Shown: positions 7,460 to 15,150 of the stretch, in pieces | Position numbering within the stretch: position 1 is the first letter of the stretch | Layout of the letters: every line of letters begins with the position of its first letter | NCBI RefSeq assembly: GCF_000017845.1 | Contig: NC_010546.1 | Location: forward strand, 3,180,001-3,212,000 | Length of the DNA: 32,000 nucleotides | Reading direction: 5' to 3' | Source of the DNA: Crocosphaera subtropica ATCC 51142 | GTDB taxonomy: Bacteria; Cyanobacteriota; Cyanobacteriia; Cyanobacteriales; Microcystaceae | The notes under the pieces: model-generated | The model's database searches: none | Seen by the model: only the letters and a program-made list of their open reading frames with translations | Told to the model about the DNA's origin: nothing | Made by a program: the position numbers and the translations under genes

Positions 7460-10400
7460 TGGCAGAAAATAGAGATTATGCAGCATTAATGCAAGATGCC
7501 CTGCGAGAACTGCGACAAATGCGGGCCAAACTGCAAGAGTTAGAACAAGCCAAAAGCGAACCCTTAGCCGTTATTGGTATGGGGTGTCGTTTGCCTGGGG
7601 CCGATAACCCTATTCAGTTTTGGGAGTTGTTGAAACAGGGGAAAGATGCCATTACTTCTGTTCCCTCAGACCGATGGAATATTGATGAATACTATGATCC
7701 TGACCCCAAAACCCCTGGAAAAATCTGTACTCGTTATGGTGGGTTTGTTGGACAGTTACAGGAGTTTGATCCGCAGTTTTTTGGCATTTCTCCGAGGGAA
7801 GCTATTAGTATCGATCCCCAACAACGTTTATTATTAGAAGTCAGTTGGGAGGCATTAGAAAATGCTGGTATTATTCCCCAAAAGCTCGCAGGGAGTCAAA
7901 CAGGGGTATTTATTGGTATTAGTAGCAATGATTATTCGCAGCAGTTATTAACCCGTGAGGTTGATGATATCGATGCTTATTTAGCTACTGGAAACTCCCA
8001 TAGTGTGGCCGCCGGACGACTTTCTTTTCTGCTAGGATTAACTGGGCCTAGTTTAGCCGTTGATACCGCTTGTTCCTCTTCCTTGGTAGCAGTCCATCTC
8101 GCCTGTCAAAGCTTACGCAACCGAGAATGTCAAACTGCTCTTGTGGGAGGCGTTAATCGGTTGCTTTCCCCTGAATTTAGCATTAATTTCTCAAAAGCGC
8201 AGATGTTAGCCCCAGATGGTCGTTGTAAGACCTTTGATCACTGTGCAGATGGTTTTGTCAGATCCGAAGGGTGTGGGGTTGTTGTATTGAAACGCCTAGA
8301 ACAAGCTTTGTCCGACGGGGATAACATTCTGGCCGTCATTCGGGGTTCTGCGGTTAACCAAGATGGACGTAGTAGCGGTTTAACGGTTCCCAACGGGCCA
8401 TCTCAGCAAGCAGTCATTCGTCAGGCATTAGAAAACGGTAAGATTGATCCTGCTCAAATAAGTTATATTGAAGCACATGGCACAGGAACCTCCCTCGGTG
8501 ATCCCATTGAAATAGGGGCATTAGGGGCTATTTTTAAGCAAACTCACACCCCTGAGCAACCTTTGATAGTTGGTTCGCTGAAGACCAATATCGGTCATTT
8601 AGAAGCAGCAGCCGGCATTGCAGGATTAATCAAAGTCGTGCTATCGTTGCAACATCAAGAAATTCCCCCACATCTACATTTTCAAACCCCCAGTCCCCAT
8701 ATTAACTGGGATGAGTTACCTATTACTGTTCCCACCCAGCCCACTCCCTGGAAAAGCGGTGAAACCCCAAGGTTTGCAGGGTTAAGTTCCTTTGGCTTTA
8801 GTGGGACAAATGTTCATATCGTCTTAGGGGAAGTATCCCCAAAAGTTGTTGAAACACCAAAAGTTGACCGCCCTTTGCATTTATTAACCTTATCCGCCAA
8901 AACCGAAAAAGCCTTACAAGCACAAATAGAGCAATATAAAAACTATTTAATCACGCATCAAAATCTTTCCTTTGCTGATATTTGTTTCAGTGTTAATAAA
9001 AAGCGATCGCACTTTGATTATCGCCTCAGTCTTATCGCCAGTTCAGCCTCAGAAGCAGCAGAAAAACTAAATAATTCCCTGCCTCCTGCCTTCTCCTCTT
9101 TGGTAAAGGGGGGATCGCTTCCCATTGCCTTTTTATTCACAGGACAAGGTTCCCAATATATGGGTATGGGACAACAACTTTATCAAACCCAAACAACCTT
9201 TAAAGCAACCGTTGATCACTGTTGTGACATCCTTCAATCTTATTTAGGATGGGATCTTAGAGAGATTCTTTTTGTAACAGAATATCTCCTCTTAGAAAGG
9301 GGAGGTAGGGGGGGATCTCCTGCCTCCTCACTAGACTCAACAATTAATACGCAACCTGCTTTATTCGTCATTGAATATGCTTTAGCCAAACTATGGCTAT
9401 CTTGGGGGATTAAACCTAATATAATGATCGGTCATAGTATTGGGGAATATGTCGCAGCCACCCTAGCAGGGGTATTTAGTTTAGAAGATGGCTTAAAACT
9501 GATTACAGCTAGAGCGCAACTAATGCAAGCACTGCCTGAAACTGGCTCAATGGTGGCTGTTTTTGCAACATTAGAAACCGTAAAAAAAGCAATTAATTCT
9601 TACTCAGAAAAGGTTTCTATTGCTGCTGTTAATCATGACAAAAATATCGTTATTTCTGGTGAAAACGAAGCCATCAAAGAGATTATCAGTAAATTAGAAT
9701 TAGATGGCATTCAGACCCAAACCTTAAACGTTTCTCATGCTTTCCATTGTCCGATGATGGAACCAATGTTAGAAGAATTTGAAGTTATTGCGAAACAGAT
9801 TAATTATTCATCTCCTAAACTCAAATTAGTTTCTACGGTAACAGGAACAGTTATAACTGATGAAATAGCAACATACAAATATTGGTGTGAACAAATTCGG
9901 CAACCTGTAAAATTTGCTCAAGGAATGGAATGTTTAGGAAAGGAAGGTATAGAAATATTTCTCGAAATTGGCCCGAAACCGACTTTATTAAATCTTGGGC
10001 AAATAATATTAGAAGCTCATAGGAATAGTTGGTTAGCAAGTTTGCATCCGAAACAAGAAAATTGGCAAACCATGTTATCAAGTTTAGGGCAATTATATAT
10101 TAAAGGATGCTCGATTAATTGGGATGAATTTGATAAAGATTATCCGAGAAACCATCTTAACAATTTACCTACTTATCCTTTTCAACGAGAAAAATATTGG
10201 TTTAAAACATCAACAGTAAAAACCCAAAAAATCAACAAAATAAAAGAACATCCTTTACTTGGTAATCAGTTAAACTTAGCAAAATCTAATACGATTTTAT
10301 TTGAAGGAGAAATCAGCCAAGATTCACCTAACTTTTTACAAGATCATCGTGTATTTGATACTGTAATTCTTCCTGCTGCGGGCTTTTTAGAAATGGCATT

Positions 10401-13400
10401 GACGGCAGCTATTAAAAGTTTAAAAGCTGAACTTATTCTTTTAGAAAATATTATTATTCAAAAGCCGATAGTCTTAGCTGATGAAATGTGCAAGAAAACG
10501 CAACTATTTCTAACACTCAAAGAAGATAATCAGCAGTATCAATTTGAAATTTTTAGTGAGGAAGAATCAAACTGGATACTTCATGCTAAAGGTCAGATTT
10601 CATTAGGCAAAAATAATCCTTCTCAAATTAACTTAACCGAAATCAAAAAACAATGTAATCGCCCAATTGATACCACAACTTATTATCAAGAATTAGCGAA
10701 AAGAGGTATTAATCTTGATACTAATTTTCAAGCCATAAAAAAATTGTGGCAAAATAATTCAGAACAAGCATTAGCAGAGATTTCTTTATCTGAAACCTTA
10801 ATTTTTCAAACTAATTCATATACTATCCATCCTGTATTGCTAGATGCTTGTTTTCAGGCGATCGCTATTACTTTATTAGAACAAGATTCAAACATAACGT
10901 ATCTTCCCATTGGCTTAGATAAATTCAGCCTGTACCATAGCAATTTTGAAACAACAAAAACATCTCTTTTAAGTCATGTTAAACTACGACCTCGTAAGTC
11001 TTCTCATCAACAGACATTAATTGCAGATATCGAAATTGTAGATCATAGAGGAACCTTCATTGCTGCTATCGAAGGGCTACAACTTAACCCCGTCAGTCCC
11101 GAAAGTTTACTCGGTACACCTGAAAATAGTTACGCAGACTGGCTTTACGAAATTGAATGGCGACAAAAACCAACTTTGACAGCTTCCTGCGGACATTTAC
11201 CAACCCCTGAAAAAATTAGCGATCGCCTCATTTCCCAATTCACACAACTATTAAATCAGTCTGAAATCACCCAATATCGAGAATTATTACCCAAATTAGA
11301 CGATTTAAGCCTACTATACATTATCAAAGCTTTTGAGGAAATGGGATGGCAGTTTAAAGAAAATCAACGCTTATCAAAACAGTCGTTAACTATTGCCAAT
11401 AAATACCAAAAGTTAGCCAATTATCTCCTAAAAATTCTCACAGAAGCAGAAATTTTAAACAAAATAGATGAACAATGGCACGTCATTAAAACGCCTCCAA
11501 ATAAAAGTATTCAAACGCAACAAAAACGTTTACTGACTCAATATCCCTTTGCTCAAACAGAGTTAAGTTTACTTGATCGCTGTGCTTCTCAACTAGCCCA
11601 AGTATTACAGGGAAACTGCGATCCTATGCAGTTACTCTTTCCCCAAGGAGACTTAACCACTGCGACCCAATTGTATCAAAATTCTCCAGGGGCGAAGATG
11701 ATAAATACCTTAGTACAACAAGCCCTAAATATTGCTTTGGAACAATTACCTCAAGGCAAAAAAGTCCGTATTTTAGAAATTGGGGCAGGAACGGGAGGAA
11801 CAACTGCGTATCTATTATCTCATCTCGATGCAACGCAAACAGACTATTGTTTTAGTGATATTTCGCCTATTTTCACCGAAAAAGCCCAAGAAAAATTCTC
11901 TGATTATCCCTTTATAACTTATCAAACCTTAAATATTGAACAAAATCCCCAAAAACAAGGATTTTCTTTAGAATCTTACGATATTATTATCGCTGCCAAC
12001 GTATTACACGCCACAGCAAACCTTCAAGAAACAGTTACCCATATTCATCAGTTATTAGCCCCCAAAGGTATGTTACTGTTACTCGAAAGTACCAGCCTTT
12101 TGCTGTGGTTGGATCTAATTTTTGGCTTAACAGAGGGGTGGTGGAAGTTTAATGATGAGCTAAGGGGCGATCATCCACTCATATCTGCTCAAACATGGGA
12201 AAAATTGTTAATTAAGACAGGATTTGAACAAACAGCTATCCTTAAACCCGATGAAACCCAAGCGCAAACATTATCACAACAAAGCGTTATTTTGGGACAG
12301 AAAAAAGCATCTGAGAGGAAACATTGGCTGATTCTAGGAAATAATCAAGGTATAGGAGAGCCAATAATTGAATATTTACAAGAAAAAGCAGAATATACCA
12401 CTTTAGGCCAAGAAATAAAAAATTTAGAGCAATTTCAACACATTATTTATGTAGGTAGTTTAGACACTCCTGACCCTTCTAAACTAAGCCTTCAAGACCT
12501 TGAAAAAGCTTCTAAAATAGGCTGTAGTCAGCTTTTAACCTTAGTCCAAACCCTTGCCCACTTATCTCACCCTCCCTCTCTCTTCATAGTAACCAGAGGT
12601 GCAGTGTCCACCAAAACCGAGGAACCCTTACCAGGGTTAGCACAAGCATCCTTATGGGGACTAGGAAAAGTAATTAATTTAGAGTATCCTCAATTAAACT
12701 GTCGCTGTATTGATCTTGATCCCGAAATATCCTCAGAAAAACAAATACAAGCCCTAATAAGGGAAATTGAATTAGAAGACCAAGAACCTCAAATTGCCCT
12801 ACGAAATAATAAGCGTCAGGTAGCAAGATTAGTTCGTTATCCTAAAATTGAACTAGATACGTTAGAAATTCCTGAAAATCAACCTTTTAAACTAGATATT
12901 TCTCAAAAAGGAACCCTCAGTAACTTACAGCTTGTCCCAACGCCACGACGTTCCCCTAAAGACGACGAAGTAGAAATCAAAGTAGAAGCCACAGGACTCA
13001 ACTTTATCGACGTTTTAGACGGGTTAGGACTACTGCCTTTTGAAAGAGGATGGTTTGGCGTTGAATGTGTTGGAGAAGTTGTCACCGTTGGCAAAGGAGT
13101 CAAAAACCTGAAAAAAGGCGATCGCATTTTAGCCCTTGCCCCTGGCAGTTTTAGGCAGTACCTCACCGTTACAGCAAATTTGGTCACTCATTGTCCCAAA
13201 AACTTAACCGTTGAAGAAGGTGCCACCATTCCTGCCAACTTTTTAACCGCCTACTATGCCCTCCATCACATCGCCAAACTCAAAAAAGGCGATCGCATTC
13301 TCATTCATTCAGCAGCAGGAGGAACAGGGATGGCTGCCCTGCAAATAGCCCAACAAGCAGGGGCCGAAGTGTTTGCCACTGCCAGTCCCAATAAATGGGC

Positions 13401-15150
13401 TTTTCTCCAGTCTTTGGGAGTTAAGCATATCATGAATTCTCGCACCTTAGACTTTGCAGAGGAAATTTTAACTATTACTCAAGGAAAAGGGGTGGATGTA
13501 GTGTTTAACTCCCTCTCAGGGGATTTTATGGCTAAAAGCTTCTCTGTGCTAAGTGATAAAGGACGTTTTCTTGAAATTGGTAAGCGAGAGATTTGGACAA
13601 CTGAACAAGTGCGTCAGATTAAACCCCATGCTTCCTATTTTCCTATCGACTTGCTAACTATTGCACAACAGCAACCGCAACGTATTAACTCCATGCTAAC
13701 TGAGTTAAAACAGCAATTTGAGCAAGGTCACTTAAAACCCTTACCTTACAAGGTTTTCCCTATTCAGCAAATGATTCCAGCCTTCCGTTATATGCAGCAA
13801 GCTAAGCATATTGGTAAGGTTGTTGTTTCCTATGGAGAACAGGTGATCCCCCCCTGCCCCCCCTTAGTAAGGGGGGTGGGGAGCGGGGAGAGTCAAGTTT
13901 CTTCAACTGAAAACTTTTCGACTGCATCTAGTTTGAAATTCCGTGAGGATGGCACTTATCTTATTACTGGGGGCTTAGGAGGTTTAGGACTCTTAGTGGC
14001 TCAGTGGATGGTGGAGAAAGGAGCTAGAAACTTAGTATTAATGGGGCGAAATCAGCCTAATACTACCCAAAAGCAAAAAATACAAGCATTAAAAGCCCTA
14101 GGAGCTAATATTGTTATTGCTCAAGGCGATATCTCTGACAAAGAACAACTCGCAGTTATTTTACAAAACATTGAAACCTCCTCCCCTGCTCCCCTAAAGG
14201 GTATCATCCACGCAGCAGGGGTATTAGACGACGGGGTACTCTTACAAATGAACTGGGAACGCTTTAAAACAGTAATGTCCCCAAAAGTTCAAGGGGCTTG
14301 GAACTTACACTGTTTAACTAAAGATAAACCCCTAGACTTCTTTGTTCTCTTCTCGTCTGCTGCTTCCTTACTGGGTTCACCAGGCCAAGGCAACCATGTT
14401 GCTGCTAATACTTTCCTTGATACTTTAGCCCATTATCGGCGATCGCAAGGACTCCCTGCTTTAAGTATTAACTGGGGTGTCTGGTCAGACATTGGGGCTG
14501 CTGCACAACGGCAGGTAGAGGCACAAATGAAAGGTCGAGGTATTGGGGCGATCGCTCCCCAACAAGGGTTAGATATCTTAGAACAATTATTAACCCAAGA
14601 GTCTGCTCAGGTGGGCGTTGTCCCCATTAACTGGTCAGAGTTTCTCACGTCTGGGGTCATGTCTTCCTATTTTGAAGATTTTTCCCAAGCGCAGGAAACT
14701 CAAAAAACAGAACCATCAGGCTTAGGGCAACAATTAGCTGATATTTTGCCACAAAATCGTCTTTCTTTTCTCGTTAACTATCTACAAAGGGAAGTTGCCC
14801 CCATTCTCGGCTTGAATACTTATCCTAATCCCCAACAAGGATTTTTTGACATGGGAATGGACTCTTTAATGGCAGTGGAACTGAAAAACCGTTTAGAAAC
14901 AGGGTTAAGGGTAACACTTCCTTCAACGGTTATTTTTGAATATCCCACCATTAAAGCCTTAGCTGAGTATTTAGCTGAGGAAATGTTTCCCTCTGAGTCG
15001 GAGGGAACAGGAAACGGGGAACAGGGAACAGGGTTTAATCCCGAAATAAGCGAAGAAATAGCGACTTCCCAAACCCTAGAGGAAGACAGTGCGATCGCTC
15101 AAGAATTAGAAGAACTAGAAACTTTTTTAAGGAACAGAAAACATGACTGA
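7459..15150 (+). CDS. Type I modular polyketide synthase: N-docking coil, KS-AT-DH-CMT-ER-KR-ACP
   Basis: ATG 7459-7461 overlaps the upstream TAA by 1 nt (TAATG), with AAGGAGG at 7443-7449. Motifs: DTACSSS, HGTGT, GHLE; GHSIGE, HAFH; HPLLG, DHRVF, LLDACFQ; ILEIGAGTGG; LIHSAAGGTGMAA; ITGGLGGLG; GMDSL. Paralogue of the first gene. Confidence 0.95.
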   Translation: MAENRDYAALMQDALRELRQMRAKLQELEQAKSEPLAVIGMGCRLPGADNPIQFWELLKQGKDAITSVPSDRWNIDEYYDPDPKTPGKICTRYGGFVGQLQEFDPQFFGISPREAISIDPQQRLLLEVSWEALENAGIIPQKLAGSQTGVFIGISSNDYSQQLLTREVDDIDAYLATGNSHSVAAGRLSFLLGLTGPSLAVDTACSSSLVAVHLACQSLRNRECQTALVGGVNRLLSPEFSINFSKAQMLAPDGRCKTFDHCADGFVRSEGCGVVVLKRLEQALSDGDNILAVIRGSAVNQDGRSSGLTVPNGPSQQAVIRQALENGKIDPAQISYIEAHGTGTSLGDPIEIGALGAIFKQTHTPEQPLIVGSLKTNIGHLEAAAGIAGLIKVVLSLQHQEIPPHLHFQTPSPHINWDELPITVPTQPTPWKSGETPRFAGLSSFGFSGTNVHIVLGEVSPKVVETPKVDRPLHLLTLSAKTEKALQAQIEQYKNYLITHQNLSFADICFSVNKKRSHFDYRLSLIASSASEAAEKLNNSLPPAFSSLVKGGSLPIAFLFTGQGSQYMGMGQQLYQTQTTFKATVDHCCDILQSYLGWDLREILFVTEYLLLERGGRGGSPASSLDSTINTQPALFVIEYALAKLWLSWGIKPNIMIGHSIGEYVAATLAGVFSLEDGLKLITARAQLMQALPETGSMVAVFATLETVKKAINSYSEKVSIAAVNHDKNIVISGENEAIKEIISKLELDGIQTQTLNVSHAFHCPMMEPMLEEFEVIAKQINYSSPKLKLVSTVTGTVITDEIATYKYWCEQIRQPVKFAQGMECLGKEGIEIFLEIGPKPTLLNLGQIILEAHRNSWLASLHPKQENWQTMLSSLGQLYIKGCSINWDEFDKDYPRNHLNNLPTYPFQREKYWFKTSTVKTQKINKIKEHPLLGNQLNLAKSNTILFEGEISQDSPNFLQDHRVFDTVILPAAGFLEMALTAAIKSLKAELILLENIIIQKPIVLADEMCKKTQLFLTLKEDNQQYQFEIFSEEESNWILHAKGQISLGKNNPSQINLTEIKKQCNRPIDTTTYYQELAKRGINLDTNFQAIKKLWQNNSEQALAEISLSETLIFQTNSYTIHPVLLDACFQAIAITLLEQDSNITYLPIGLDKFSLYHSNFETTKTSLLSHVKLRPRKSSHQQTLIADIEIVDHRGTFIAAIEGLQLNPVSPESLLGTPENSYADWLYEIEWRQKPTLTASCGHLPTPEKISDRLISQFTQLLNQSEITQYRELLPKLDDLSLLYIIKAFEEMGWQFKENQRLSKQSLTIANKYQKLANYLLKILTEAEILNKIDEQWHVIKTPPNKSIQTQQKRLLTQYPFAQTELSLLDRCASQLAQVLQGNCDPMQLLFPQGDLTTATQLYQNSPGAKMINTLVQQALNIALEQLPQGKKVRILEIGAGTGGTTAYLLSHLDATQTDYCFSDISPIFTEKAQEKFSDYPFITYQTLNIEQNPQKQGFSLESYDIIIAANVLHATANLQETVTHIHQLLAPKGMLLLLESTSLLLWLDLIFGLTEGWWKFNDELRGDHPLISAQTWEKLLIKTGFEQTAILKPDETQAQTLSQQSVILGQKKASERKHWLILGNNQGIGEPIIEYLQEKAEYTTLGQEIKNLEQFQHIIYVGSLDTPDPSKLSLQDLEKASKIGCSQLLTLVQTLAHLSHPPSLFIVTRGAVSTKTEEPLPGLAQASLWGLGKVINLEYPQLNCRCIDLDPEISSEKQIQALIREIELEDQEPQIALRNNKRQVARLVRYPKIELDTLEIPENQPFKLDISQKGTLSNLQLVPTPRRSPKDDEVEIKVEATGLNFIDVLDGLGLLPFERGWFGVECVGEVVTVGKGVKNLKKGDRILALAPGSFRQYLTVTANLVTHCPKNLTVEEGATIPANFLTAYYALHHIAKLKKGDRILIHSAAGGTGMAALQIAQQAGAEVFATASPNKWAFLQSLGVKHIMNSRTLDFAEEILTITQGKGVDVVFNSLSGDFMAKSFSVLSDKGRFLEIGKREIWTTEQVRQIKPHASYFPIDLLTIAQQQPQRINSMLTELKQQFEQGHLKPLPYKVFPIQQMIPAFRYMQQAKHIGKVVVSYGEQVIPPCPPLVRGVGSGESQVSSTENFSTASSLKFREDGTYLITGGLGGLGLLVAQWMVEKGARNLVLMGRNQPNTTQKQKIQALKALGANIVIAQGDISDKEQLAVILQNIETSSPAPLKGIIHAAGVLDDGVLLQMNWERFKTVMSPKVQGAWNLHCLTKDKPLDFFVLFSSAASLLGSPGQGNHVAANTFLDTLAHYRRSQGLPALSINWGVWSDIGAAAQRQVEAQMKGRGIGAIAPQQGLDILEQLLTQESAQVGVVPINWSEFLTSGVMSSYFEDFSQAQETQKTEPSGLGQQLADILPQNRLSFLVNYLQREVAPILGLNTYPNPQQGFFDMGMDSLMAVELKNRLETGLRVTLPSTVIFEYPTIKALAEYLAEEMFPSESEGTGNGEQGTGFNPEISEEIATSQTLEEDSAIAQELEELETFLRNRKHD
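7558..8830 (+). other. KS domain, module B
   Basis: Cys codon 8071-8073 (DTACSSS). Preceded by the coiled N-terminal docking region 7459-7557. Confidence 0.9.
9080..9118 (-). repeat. Composite small repeat in the KS-AT linker of module B (short form)
   Basis: TGCCTCC TGCCTTC TCC, then GGTAAAGGGGGGATCGC. Lacks 9 nt present in the module A copy (KGGSLP vs KGGKGVSLP). Confidence 0.7.
9286..9334 (-). repeat. GC-rich element plus heptamers inserted in the AT loop, module B
   Basis: CTCCTCTTAGAAAGGGGAGGTAGGGGGGGATC then TCCTGCC TCCTCAC. Peptide LLLERGGRGGSPASSL. Confidence 0.7.
9335..10160 (+). repeat. Copy 2 of the 826-nt apparently perfect direct repeat (AT core)
   Basis: See copy 1. The identical antisense shadow ORFs 2244-2474 and 9851-10081 in the ORF track corroborate this. 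Confidence 0.85.
10246..11100 (+). other. DH domain, module B
   Basis: HPLLGNQ; DHRVFDTVILP; LLDACFQ. Confidence 0.8.
11560..12245 (+). other. C-methyltransferase domain, module B
   Basis: ILEIGAGTGGTT at ~11770-11805; ANVLHAT; LTEGWWKF. Confidence 0.85.
12885..13830 (+). other. ER domain, module B
   Basis: EVEIKVEATGLNFIDV; LIHSAAGGTGMAALQIA; GKVVVS. Confidence 0.85.
13835..13890 (+). repeat. GC-rich palindromic element, in-frame insertion of about 51 nt in the ER-KR linker of module B
   Basis: GATCCCCCCCTGCCCCCCC followed by the 19-nt near-perfect palindrome CCCCCCTTAGTAAGGGGGG (13858-13876), then GGGGAGC GGGGAGA. Absent from the paralogous site in module A (~6223-6235). Confidence 0.85.
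13951..14640 (+). other. KR catalytic subdomain, module B (psi-KR roughly 12320-12880)
   Basis: YLITGGLGGLG. GQGNHVAAN has His (14395-14397) at the expected Tyr position. Confidence 0.85.
14761..14985 (+). other. ACP, module B
   Basis: FFDMGMDSLMA; Ser codon 14863-14865. Confidence 0.9.
15003..15033 (+). repeat. Heptanucleotide array (GGGAACA type) in the C-terminal tail of ORF2
   Basis: GGGAACA GGAAACG GGGAACA GGGAACA GGG. Peptide EGTGNGEQGTG. Confidence 0.8.

Larger units (their letters stand above)
9118..10190 (+). other. AT domain, module B (malonyl-type)
   Basis: Same motifs as module A; Ser codon 9436-9438; HAFH. Confidence 0.88.

Noticed and set aside
7646-7837. Same-strand out-of-frame ORFs inside PKS genes (7646-7837, 17056-17283, 18658-18846, 18943-19179)
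   Set aside because: They overlap well-supported KS/AT/KR coding frames, and no motifs or RBS are evident.
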